DNA of 64,000 nucleotides, taken from contig NW_024704742.1 of NCBI RefSeq assembly GCF_018977255.1, positions 100,504,001 to 100,568,000 of the forward strand. Direction: 5' to 3'. Of the stretch, positions 50,457 to 63,784 are shown one piece after another (positions within the stretch are counted from its first letter, which is position 1; every line of letters begins with the position of its first letter). Source of the DNA: Callorhinchus milii (taxonomy: Eukaryota). Position numbers and translations under genes: made by a program. The notes beneath the pieces were generated by a model. That model worked only from the letters and a program-made list of their open reading frames with translations. It searched no databases and had not been told where the DNA came from.

Positions 50457-51912
50457 CTGCAAAGGCAAAAGATAAGACTCTGTTTATATCAGACTGACGA
50501 CCATAACACAACTACTACTTTCAGTGCCATGATCCAGACATGGATTTTGCAAAAAAAACACAAAGAGGCTCGTGAGACAGCTAAACAGCATTGATTTATG
50601 ACTGCTACAAGCTCTGCTGATCAGTTTGTTCAGAAAACAAATTTAACCGCAATTAGATTCTGGCTTGTTTATTTTTTGAACCCTTCCCATTGCCTGCACA
50701 TTGCTGAGACATTGATGAGGTTAGCATTAACTTTATTACAGAGGTTTTTGGAGTCAAACATTTCCACAAAGCCTGTAGCTAAATAGGCCAGTTTCTGATG
50801 CTTGAAGCACAATCTACAATGAGCAACGCAACATTAAAAGGCATCTTGTGGAAAATTTGCAGCCAAATTAATATCCTTGTAACCTGCACATTAAAACTAA
50901 AATTACAGCTGTACATTTTCAGTCTGCTAGAACAAGGATAAAATATGGCAAAAGTTCACTTTCATTACAAGATAAATTTGACAGGTTCTATTGCTTTCAC
51001 TGGCCTGTGCGAGGTTGAAGGGCCAGGATAGCAAGTCTCTTGGTATACTAATTAATACCCAGAACAGTGCCTGCACCTTGAAACGTAGGTCGCTGATTTG
51101 GTCTGGAAAATGGCTGATAAAGAACATAGGGGAAAACGGTCAATATTGCATAGGAACTCAGTATGCAACATACACAGCCAGCAATGATTGTTGAATGAAC
51201 TTCTTAACAGTAAAGTACTGTAGTGCAATGACCCCAGGAGAAATTCACTCACTGTATAGTTAAAAAAATACAGCATTCACTACTTGAAAATTACAGCAAT
51301 ACATTGGTAACTGTACAATCCCGTGTTACCAACCCTCACCAAGAAAGGTTGTCTGCAATCTAGTCAAATGTTTAGAGGCGGAGAAAGTTGTGTAGAACAA
51401 AGCTAGAATTGTTGATTAAGCAATGCTTTTTTCCAAGATCCATATAGAACAGAACAGGAAGGGAAACAATTTCAAACAAGCTGTCTTTTTTTGCTACTGC
51501 TATGCTTTGTGTCAAATACAGAAAATATAAATGTAGAAATAATTGAATAACCTCCTATTTTTCCCCCAAGTAATTTTTCAATGAAGTTTATAGCAAGACG
51601 AAAGAAGTAGAACACCTGTGAATCAGCCTGGCTCTCGCCTCCGAGTCGGGAGGTTGTGGGTTCAAGCCCTACATGGGGATTTGGAATCGCATCGTCTAAG
51701 ATGACACTCCAATGCAGTGCTGGGGGTGTGCAGCATTGTCAGAGGTGCCGTCCTTTGAGACGTTAAACCGAGGTCCCGTCTGCCTGTTCAGGTGGACGTT
51801 AAAGATCCCAAGGCACTATTCGAAAAGAAAAGGGAGTTTCTCTCAGTGTCCTGGCCAACAATCCCCTAAATAAAATTGCTCATCCACTCCATGGCTGTTT
51901 GTGGGACATTGC

Positions 51913-52311
51913 CCGGTCCAATAGAAAAGTACGGGAACATTCGCTTAAAATTGCGGGGAGATTTACAATTTTTTTGGAAAATTGCAGGGGCATTTTACTG
52001 CCAACCTCCACTTTTTCACTTTATTGATAAAAACTAAACACATATTAGATTGTTGCAAAACAAAATAACTTTCTTTAACATAACCTGAATGGCCCTTTTT
52101 TTTGTGGGGTGAAGGGGGTGGGGGGGGGGGGAAACACCAGGGAGACTACAGGAGCTCACCACCTCCTGCCTCTCGGGGCTGGCACTGCACACAGACCCAA
52201 AGACTCAGAGAGAGAGAGAGAGAGAGACACATACACATATACAGAGACACACACACTCACAAACCACATAGACACACATTCTCAGAGAGAGAGAGACACA
52301 CACAGAGATAT

Positions 52312-52348
<37 letters not shown>

Positions 52349-55071
52349 AAAAGAAGACACACAGAGACACTCAGAAACACACATACATATAGAAGACACA
52401 CAGACACACTCACAAGCATATATATAGAGGAGAAGCAGACACACTCACACAGACACTCACAAGCAGACTCACATACAGAGGAGACAGACACACTCACAGA
52501 CACATAGAGAGACACTCACACAAACACATGGAGAGAGGGACACACAGACACTCACATAGAGACACTCATAAACACATAGAGAGAGAGAGAGAGAGAGACA
52601 CACACACACACCACACACAGAGACACACACACACCACACACACACACACACACCACACACAGACACACACACACACCACACACAGACACACACACACCAC
52701 ACACAGATACACACACCATACACAGACACACACACACCCCACACACAAAGACACACACACACCACACACAAAGACACACACACCACACACAGACACACAC
52801 ACACACCACACAGAGACATACACACCACACAAAGACACACACACACACCACACACAGATACACACACTACACAAAGACACACACACACACCACACAGATA
52901 CACACACCACACACATAGACACACACGTACACACCACACACAGATACACACACACACACACGCACACACCACACACAGAGACACACACGCACACACCACA
53001 CACAGAGACACACACACAGACACACACAGACACACACACCGACACACACACACACACCACACACAGACACACCACACACAGAGACACACACACACCACAC
53101 ACAAACACACACAGACACACACACACACAGACACACACACACACAGACACACACACACACAGACAGAGACACACGCACACAGACAGAGACACACACTCAC
53201 ATGCAGACACACACACACTCACACGCAGACAGAGAGACACACACACACACACACACACTCACACGCAGACAGAGAGACACACACACACACTCACACGCAG
53301 ACAGAGAGACACACACACACACTCACACGCAGACAGAGAGACACACACACACTCACACGCAGACAGAGAGACACACACACACACACACTCACACGCAGAC
53401 AGAGAGACACACACACACACTCACACGCAGACAGAGAGACACACACACACACACACACTCACACGCAGACAGAGAGACACACACACACACACACACACTC
53501 ACACGCAGACAGAGAGACACACACACACACTCACACGCAGACAGAGAGACACACACACACACTCACACGCAGACAGAGAGACACACTCACACGCAGACAG
53601 AGAGACACACACACACGCAGACAGAGAGACACACACACTCACACGCAGACAGAGAGACACACACACTCACACGCAGACAGAGAGACACACACACTCACAC
53701 GCAGACAGAGAGACACACACACTCACACGCAGACAGAGAGACACACACACACTCACACGCAGACAGAGAGACACACTCACACGCAGACAGAGAGACACAC
53801 ACACACACACACTCACACGCAGACAGAGAGACACACACACACACTCACACGCAGACAGAGAGACACACACACACACTCACACGCAGACAGAGAGACACAC
53901 ACACACACTCACACGCAGACAGAGAGACACACACACACACTCACACGGACAGAGAGACACACACACACTCACACGGACAGAGACACACACACTCACACGC
54001 AGACAGAGAGACACACACACACTCACACGCAGACAGAGAGACACACACACACTCACACGCAGACAGAGAGACACACACACTCACACGCAGACAGAGAGAC
54101 ACACACACCCACAGACAGAGACACACCCACAGACAGAGACACACCCACAGACAGACACACACCCACAGACAGATAGAGACACACACACACACTCGGAGAG
54201 ACACACACCCACAGACAGACACGCACACCCACAGACAGACACACACCCACAGACAGACACACACCCACAGACAGACACACACCCACAGACAGACACACAC
54301 CCACACACACCACACAAACACACACACTCAGGCCGAGGCACACAGAGACTCACCACACACACAGAGACACACCACACACACAGAGACGCACACTCACAGA
54401 GACACACACCACACAGACAGAGACACACACAAACAGGCAGAGACACAGAGACACACACCACACACACACACACCACACATACATACACACACACATACAC
54501 CACACACACAGACACACACACATACAATGACAAACACACCCATACAGACACAGACACACCACACACTGAGACACACACCACACACAGACACACACCACAC
54601 ACAGACACACACCACACACATACACACACAGACACACACACCACACACACAGTTACACACACAGACACACACACATAAAGACAAACACACCCATACAGAG
54701 ACACACACACCACACACGCAGACACACACACACCACATAGCGACACACATACAGACACACACAGCGACACACAGACAGAGACAGACAGAGACACAGACAG
54801 AGACATAGAGAGACACTCACAAACACATAGAGACACACACACACACACACACAATCACACAAACACACAGACAACAGCCGGCCTCCGAGTGAAGCCCATT
54901 TGCCACTTGTGCTGCACACGTGCGTCTGGAGCCACCTCACCCACAGTGACGTCAGGTAAACAGCCGGGAGGCCGCGGGCCACAAGCTACATTTACGGTGG
55001 GTTTGTAGCGGAGGGGGTGTTTATAGCGGATTCCACGAAAAAAATCTGGCCGCACTTTTTTACTTGACCAG
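51913..55071. mobile_element. Non-autonomous TIR DNA transposon (8-9 bp TSD) carrying a CA-rich satellite
   Basis: TSD (G)GACATTGC at 51904/5-51912 and 55071/2-55079. Left end CCGGTCCAATAGAAAAGTACGG vs reverse complement of the right end CTGGTCAAGTAAAAAAGTGCGG (17/22 identical). Confidence 0.8.
52207..54870. repeat. Compound CA/GA microsatellite-minisatellite array (~2.65 kb)
   Basis: (GA)n, (CA)n and (TA)n runs. 53210-54100 is an array of CACACGCAGACAGAGAGA(CA)nCT units; 54105-54300 is an array of CACCCACAGACAGA(G/C)ACA units. Confidence 0.97.
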
Positions 55072-58000
55072 GACATTGCTCTGTACAAACTGGCTGCCAT
55101 GTTTCACCCACAAAATACAATCAATCCACGTATAATAAATCCTGTGAAGCACTTTGAGACGCCTTCATGACATGATAAGGCACTATATCAAATGCAAAGA
55201 TTATCATTATTATTACTGCTGCATTTGGGGTCTGTGAACCCACAGAAGAATGGCGATAGACAGGATTTTTTTCAGCATTCTCTCAATGCCAAATATGATG
55301 GTACCCGGCTAATTTGAATGACCTGTTCAAAGCTAACAACAAGTTAGTTGGGATTGTCTTTACCAATTGTGGTAACTGGTAAGCAGTACAAGCTAACAGT
55401 TCCTTCAGGAGGTAAATTCACTCTCAGTGTGACATAAATATAAGACAAGCAGAGCCGTTGATCTGTGATGCGTTAGCTGTTCTCAGTGGGAAGGGAGTCA
55501 TAGCACAACCCCATTATAATCAGATTTGTGCTATGAAGTAACATGTTATAACGGGGCTGCAATGTATTGACTATTTACTTGATGCTCCCAAGATTCATCT
55601 TGTTCCCACAATTTGGGTTGAACATTCACACTGGTTATGTCTTTGGCAGTGCACCACTCCCCTTAATATTTTCTCCCATGAAAACAAATTGAATTCATCA
55701 GTTCAGCAACAATTTTTGACAACTCAAATGCTCTCCTGACATATCAATAACTTTTTAAAGGAAAGGTGCTTCAATTGATACACAGCAGAAATGTAGACAC
55801 ATCATGAGGAATTCGGGTTAATTTGATTTGCAATTAAATCTCTATTCTGGATCAGCCTTTTTTTAAATAAACATCACATTTACTGAACAGTCAACAATCA
55901 AAATTTGTTCCCATCTGTACTGATTGATTATTTCCCACTTGTACTAATGAACACCCAATCATTGTGCTGTGATCCAAAATATATTGTGTTGTACTCATCA
56001 CTACATTTAAGTCCACCTGCCATTCCTTAACATGTCCCAGTCACTCTGAACACTATCAATCAACAGCAACAACTTGGATTTATATAGCGCCCTCCATGCC
56101 GGATGCCGTCTCAGAGCGCTTAAATCATTCTTAAACGACTTACCCCAAAGCCTATGTAAAGTATATTACAAGAACAACTTTTCATTCACAACATACACAT
56201 TTACAGTTAGTGTAAAAAGCAAGAAATTCCAAACAGACTTATCCAGTTACTGCCTTCCAGTTCATATAGGTGTTTCGATTTATCACCATCTTCTGATTTC
56301 TATTACAAGTCCATTTTCAATCTAATGCTAATTTACTATTAACTGCAAGAGGATTATTTAGACTTCTTTAGAAGCAAGACAGATGCACACACGTAAATAC
56401 AGGCCTAGAGAGAGCAAGTGAAGAATTGAGGCCAAGAGATAATCATCTAATGTGTTTTATGATAAACTTTAGAATTAGAGAGCATGTGCTAGGTTCATAC
56501 TCTGTGCAATCAAGTATACCCCCAAAGGAATTAACTTTTCTTTTGCCAAGAACCAACTGCCTATTCTTCAGATGGACTCAAAGATTCCACAAATCTATTC
56601 AACAAGAGATGACAGTTTCTCCCACTGTGTTCTGGCCAATAATTCTCCACTGCCTAGAGAGTCTCACATTCTTCGTTTAAGAAAAGCAAGACGGGAAACA
56701 TGCATACAATCCAAAATTAGATATGTGCAAAAAATCTAATATCTACACAATCTTTTGCTGTTTTTGTTTGCACCAGTTTCAGCATTTTGTTTAAAGGAGC
56801 GGAATGGTGTGGGTCACGTAATTCTTCACAGGCACTACCTATGCTTTCTTTAGGAAAGTCCTCCCCCCTCCCCCATGGAGCCAGATGCTCCATCTAATTG
56901 CCCACAAGCCAGTCAAGCACAATTTCATTCAGGTTACAATGAAGATTGAAAGAAATTGACCCACACTTGACAAAATGGGAATCCAGCCCACTAACAATTG
57001 GACTGCCATCCCAATTTCAGAACCTGTTTGGGAACACAAGTAGGTATCTCTTTCCTGTTCTTTGTATAACATACGGGGATGTGCCAGGAATAGCAGCACT
57101 GTGCAATGAAGGCATAGCCCCTTTTACTCCTCTGCTAACAGCCAGCTTCCAAGACCTCTTAACCTTTTCTGAGACCTGCAACAAAACATCAGCTGAAGAC
57201 CCTGAGGTGTAAGTTAGAGACCTGAATGGACAGCACTATGGTATGAATCACTGTCACTCTAAATGTAGAATCAGCACTTCCAAACTCGTTCTACCTGGAC
57301 ATCTAAAGAGGAAGGTTGGGGGGAAATAGCTGTTCCAAGAGGTTTGGTATTGATTTCCACCCCCCCACCCCCACCCCCGAACAGAGGCTTTTGCTGGTTA
57401 GATGATACATCATAATCAGGTCATTTGTACCAGTCCTTCAACAGCTGAGGAACACAATATGTCGACTTGCAGAAGCTTAGAACCACTTTGGGATATTGAA
57501 GCTTTTTTTAAAAAAAAACAAGTTGTAACTTTTTATGTAACTTTCTTTCAAAAAGATCAGATGTCAAGTGTTTTTTAATTAGATGCTGTCACTTTTTACA
57601 GTACTGTACAGTATTTTAGAAGTGATATTGACCCCTTACTTCCTGCTGCCCCTCCAACGGTTACACAAAATTAGACTCAAGACTATCTAACCTGAATTGG
57701 TTCTTACTGTACAGCACTTGCTTCAAAAGAAAATTTATACTTCCCAATCAAAAATCAATAAGATCCTGACCCAGCATACTAACAGACATCCAAAACAGCA
57801 ACAAGAAAAGCCAATTAAAACAGAAACAATGTTTTGCCATTCTCGGGCAGGCAATCTAAAATAAACCACATCTGCAAGATTTTGTGTCCTCAAAGCTACA
57901 GGAATGCAACAAATGGGACTCTTCAATCTTTCAGATCATTTTAAGTAAAATATAATTCTCCGGCATTGGACAATCTACTTTTCTTCCCCACAGAAGAATT

Positions 58001-59861
58001 TTTTTTCAATTCAGTTTATGGTAAAATGCATTGGAATGTGTGACATCATGTCTGTGCCCATTACACTATCTGTAAGGAATGGCGAGACAGCAGAAAACAA
58101 TGCACTTTGTAACATGAACCAGAAGAGAAGAAATCATGGTTAAATCAAATTCCCAACTCTAATTCAAACAGGATCACAGACCAATTTTTTTAAAATGACC
58201 ACCATGAATACAATCACTTATAATAGCACAGAATAACGGTAGCTGGTTTGATCCCCATATTCTGTGAAACAAAATCATACAGGAGTTTAGGTCAGATTTC
58301 TTGCTCCACCACTTCTGCCCAATGTGAATAGGTTACAGTCATTAATCAGCATCAGGAGAACTGAAGCATTTTCGTTCCATCCACAAATACATGTAGCTGT
58401 TTAGGAAGTGTGGATGATATACTTAGACATTTCATCCCAGGTAGATAACCTCGCTTAAGCACCTGAACAAATTTTGGGTTGAATCCCAGTGTGCACTCTC
58501 AGGCCTTCACCCCTTTGAGTGAGTGTCATGGTAAATAACGTGGGGTGGTGGGTGCAAGAGGGAGAGGAGGGAGATAAGCAGCATTACTGACTCTGAAAAG
58601 ACATACGTGTTGAAGTCATGCAGGTCCTTGGTAATTGTTGATGGTTGACCATCAATGAGACCTGGAGATGTCGTCTTGTCGGGAATCCTGCAAAGCCACC
58701 GCTTTAATGTGAACCTAAGCCTGACGAGCATCCTTCTAGCTGACGATTCCCATGAAACTCGGTCCCATATGTTTGTTATTATCAACTTTACAAATGAAAT
58801 GTTAATAAATGCATTGTAAACCACAAATGTGCAGCAAGTGAGAAAGCCTGTGAAGCTCTTGTAAAGGCTTTTAAAACTTACACATTCAACTCAGCTCCAC
58901 TAAAGCCACCCAACACCACCACCCCATCCCCACACTGCTCAACTCAAAAGAGAACCCTCCCCACCCTCAATACAACTCCACTTTAACAACTTCAAACAAC
59001 AACTTGCATTTACATAGCGGCCTTCACATGCGGCAATATCTCGGAGCGCTTGAACCTAAACTATGTTAAATCACTAATGGGCACTTTGCAGCTTTACTAG
59101 GTCTAATACTGATATTCAACTAAGTGTTAAAACTGTAAAAACTATATGGCAAAATTTAGGAAAACAAGCATCAAACTTGAGTGGCCCAGCCTACCACCCC
59201 TTGCTTGTACATAAGCAACACAAGTTCTTCTCATCTTGAGTTTCAACAGAAACTCCTGTCAGCATAAAAACAGAAGACCAGGTAAATTTGACAGAATGGG
59301 GAAACAAATGCCCAAACCCAGCTTCAGAGGCAGGTGCAGACTCGCAGCAGCATTTCCGAATACAAAATGTCAGTGGATTCCATGAGTCACATTTACTTTG
59401 CGGATCTCAGAATTAGTCTTGGTTTGACACTCAAATGGTTTGATATACTAGATGCTTGAAATTGCATGCAAGTCAAATGTCTTTTTTTGTACATGAAGCA
59501 GACAGTAGTGGAGACATTCCAGTGTAGTGAAACTAGATTTAGTATGCCAGCAGCCCAGCTGTTACCGTGATAATGGAAAGACTATCTGTAACAATAGTTA
59601 TTTTCTATCATTAGCCACAGGATTATTACCATTTAAAGCTACCCAATGTTACAAATACAACTGAATTAAATGATTTGTGTGCTTATCTTTTGCAGTGATT
59701 AAATTGGTGATGCATTTTAACATAAAAGCAATCCTATCTAAAATAAAGCATCAGGATAATTGAGTGCATAAAGTAAAGTGCATCAGTACTTTCAGCTGGA
59801 GAATCGTTGTAAATGCACAGATCTGAGTCCAATTAGAGTCGGACCAACTGACACATACAGT

Positions 59862-60203
59862 AGAGTCCTGTAGCGTATTGGTTAGAGCACTCGCCTCGCA
59901 AGCGAGGGAACCTGGGTTCAATTTCTGGGTGGGGCAAAACCTTAGGCAAGTTTCCTTACTTCACACTCCTCTGTTTGTCTTGCAATAAGTAGGAACCCGG
60001 TTGTTAGTTGATTGGTGGATTGCTTTTCCGGGGGTAATAATCCCTTTTAAAAAAAAATCACTCAATCCACGAGTTTGTGGGACACTGTGTGGAATTGGCT
60101 GCCACGTTTCACCAACAAAATGTACAGTCAATTCACTTTGCAGTATATTCCGTAAAACCCCTTTGAGACATCTCAACAACATGATAAGTCAAGGCTTATT
60201 ATT
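59862..60203 (+). mobile_element. Full-length tRNA-derived SINE, long form
   Basis: Head agagtcctgtagcgtattggttagagc; central segment taagtaggaacccggttgttag; body and tail. Confidence 0.85.
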
Positions 60204-62689
60204 AGTAATAGGGAAGAATTTTAAAAATAAAACGTATCTACATATTCAAGGACTATGCTTCACTGAAATCAAATTTTGCTAAAGTGCTTCTAAACTGAAG
60301 GGGAGGCCTTGGAAGAATCTTAGTACCCAGTAATTTGTACAAACTATCTCCCACGTTAAAGTTATCCTTATCCTGCTGACTATATTTCAAAAGAAAGTAG
60401 TGCCGTCATATCTAAGGAGGATATTTATTTCATTCCTTTGTATGACATGTTAAACCAAGTGCCGGACTGCCTATTCAGGTGGATGTTAAAGATCCCAATG
60501 CACTATTTGAAAAATGAAGGGAGTTTTTCTGGACAACAATCCTTCAGATAAAATTGGTCATTTCATGGTTGTTTGTGGGGCATGGCAGTGCACAAAATTA
60601 GCTGCTGCATTCTCTTACAAATAAAAGACGCTACACTTTACAAGATTATCTTAACTCCCTTAAAAGTGAACATGAAAAATAGGTAGGGAGGATTTACTTT
60701 TTAAAAATAACATTTTATATTTATTTAGCACCTTTCGATGTATTGGTTATCAGTGATTATGCTGGATGTTCCATTAAGGAAGTACTTACATGTTGTAATA
60801 TTAATGTTGAAGATCCAATAGTAGTAGCACGGCAATTAAAAGACGCAGCCACACTGCCCCTTTGACAACCACATTTTTCTCATTGTCAGGGCTTTTAGCT
60901 CATAGATTCCGATTGGGAGTGTCAGTGAAGTCTATCAGCTGAAAGTCCTTATAACGAGAAAACTAGGGTTGCCGGGAGCAGTTTCACTGCTCTATTAATG
61001 TTGGGAGAGTGCTGCATTGTCAGAGGTACAATCCAATGTTCTGTAATAAGAGAAGGATTGATTTATCAAAATTCTTTTTTCAATTTGGTTTCATTTTTTG
61101 TAAAACAACAAAAGTTATTTTACACTCTCTGGAATACACTTTTGATGGGTGGGGTGGGGGGGGGGAGAAACAAGAAATAAAAGTGATATCCGTCAGTAAA
61201 AGGATTTGTTTCTACTGAGGTTCAGGCACATCTCAAAAAGGGCATTTACTATATCCATATGTTAACAAATTCCAAATTCTTACATCTTGCTTTGTATGTT
61301 CTCCAGAAGACAGTTAGATGACTTACAAGACATTTCATGGTTTTAATCATTTTCCTCCACCTCAGGAGGTTTTCTCTAAAAATACTACTTGGCAGAAACA
61401 CATGCACACAGACAAACACTATTCATACTATAAAACACTGTAATACTAAGTACAAAGCATCCTTGAATGAAATCAGTAACTATGACATATTGCCAACGAG
61501 TAAAACCACTTTGAAGAAAGCAGCCACTAGGTGGAGTTGGTGTTTTATATGAAGTTAATCACATTTGCACAGTACAGTATATGGTAAATATAGAATGAAA
61601 TAATTCTGGGATGTTGCAAGAGTACCATAACGCACGAGCAAGGGAAGTACTCTGCAAATGTCATCCACCTCCAGAGTAGGGCTTGAAATTCCACCTGTCA
61701 TTTGTCTTAGTTTTAAGACCATTGGAAAATTATTAGATTCAATCAATATGCAAGCTGGTTATTTGCAATTGTTAAAAAGGTCGGCAGAAAAACACCTTCA
61801 AGTAACAATGAATTTAAGAATTTTGCAAAATTCTGCACGATCTTCAATTTTAAGACAATGTTCTCAGATCAGGTGGAATTTACATAGATGCATGAAAAAC
61901 AAACACATCAAGTCGACACTTTCACTACCCAGATTTTAACCCTCGTGCAGTACATACTGTTGAATTATCTATCGGTCAGACACCTTTCTTGTTTTAATTT
62001 TTTTTAACCTAGTAATCTGAAAGTATAATAATAATATATAACTGACCACAAGGAGTAGAAAACACAAACAATGTATCACAAAACTCTCATTGATGAATAG
62101 CTCTTACTGTAGTTTCGCTACATGTTACTAACTGGATCTTTTAAAAAAATTCCCAAATGAAGGAAATATAATGTGCAAGATTATCCAAACCAAAAGGAAT
62201 GTTTTAATATTTACAAACGAGATACATGCTGACCACCTAACTGAATTTAAAATACACATTCAAAACCACATTCTAAATCATGTTCATTCTCACAAGTGTT
62301 GTCATATTGTTTAGCAGCAATGATGCTTTTGGCCCCAATTTTTTCCTTTTATTTGCCCCCTACTGAAGGCACAGACTCCTCCTGGGGAAGTCCCATGGAC
62401 ACTGACCAACCTTCAATCTCTCGTAGTCATGTTGCAATGGCAATCTTTAAAAAAAACATTAAATGTCCAAGTTTAGACAAATCAGTAAAAACTAAACCTG
62501 AGAGTGAATTAAAAATACTACGGCAGCTTTGAAATATGTTCTCTGGATAGGATGCATTTTATGTTGAATTATTCATTTTTGCTTGTGAAGAAAATTAAAT
62601 ATTTTATTTTTCAAAAAATGAAAATCTATAATTATCGTTTCCAAATCAGTGAAGAAGTGCACCTCAATCCAGAACTCATTTTAATATTA

Positions 62690-63190
62690 CTCCAAACACA
62701 GATAGACATCCCTGGAATTAAAAATTGGCACTGTACCATACATCTTTATTTTCAACTCATTAGAAATCAATTGCGAAAGTTATTGGTGAAATGGACAGAT
62801 TAGTAATTTGTCAATGGATTGGCCAACAGCAAGATGGCTTCATCCAAAAAGATAAACTGTATATTGGCAGACTTTTAATCAACATTATTAATGTTAGTGA
62901 GAAAAGAGAATATTCCTGACACTGCAATATCTTTAGAAATTGGAAAAGCATTTGTATCCTTAAAATGCTCTCTCAGGTTATAATGTTTGAATTATAGCAA
63001 TTTCATATTATTTTATACAATACGGTATTCATTTTGGTTTCATAAATATACTTTTAATACTAAAATCTCATTTAAAGAAGCTCGTGTGTTAAGATTTCTC
63101 CAAAATCTTAGAGTTAAGCATATCATTACAGTATTTAGCATCACACACAAAATATCCGTGACTTACATGATTAAATTGATCCAATACAAC
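62690..63190 (+). mobile_element. Highly degraded L1/Tx1-like reverse transcriptase relic
   Basis: Peptides QQDGFIQK, RLLINIINV and AISLEIGKAFVSL resemble L1 RT 'DQ.GFI.GR...R.L.NII...ISLDAEKAFD'; the strand is A-rich. Confidence 0.5.
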
Positions 63191-63784
63191 TTTAGATTAT
63201 AAAAAACTGTAGCAATATCACAGGATTGGTTGCATCACCTTGTAAACAATGTACATTAATTTGGATTTTGGAGGCTAATCGGGTGAGGGTGTGGATCACT
63301 GCAAGCAGACAAGGATTAAAATAATTAAAGTTATTAGTGCATTTAGATCAAAGATCATACAGATCAGCACAATGTGGCCTACACAGAACATTTTTGACAA
63401 TTTTACGATCTAAGTTGAGATATACCAGTGCTTGGAAACAACAAGTTCCCACTTCAGCCACCCAAACCGAGCATCAAGCCCTCCCAAGGTTTGGCAGAGT
63501 GTTCAATTGCTGAGTAAATTATGTCGACTCGAGCCCCAATAAACTGCCATAATCACCCTGGACGAGACTACTGTTAATTGTATCACCTCCTCTCACGCTC
63601 ATCAAACTCACAGCCTCACTGACTCAAGTTGCCAATTTGATACAAAATATCTACTATTTTGTGTAGTAGTCTAACACACACCAAGAGGTAGACTAAACGT
63701 TCAAATTCATTTTACATACAGTCTACACCAGATTAAAAACTACAGTCGCAGAGGCAAAAGGGTAGCACGCTAATCCATTGCATA

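Larger units (their letters stand above)
51621..55213 (+). mobile_element. DeuSINE-like element split by an insertion (5' part 51621-51912, 3' part 55072-55213)
   Basis: The Deu domain runs to gtttgtgggacattgc, resumes after the insertion as gacattgctctgtacaaactggctgcc, and ends with the SINE tail. Confidence 0.85.

Noticed and set aside
53210..54100. Regularly spaced invariant repeat resembling a CRISPR array
   Set aside because: The spacers are only variable (CA)n, the context is eukaryotic and there are no cas genes; it is a minisatellite.
52528..54808. Long ORFs of 716 aa and 535 aa (His/Thr-rich) and many Cys/Val-rich minus-strand ORFs
   Set aside because: They are translations of the (CA)n/(GA)n array, which lacks stop codons by composition; no domain and no splice context.
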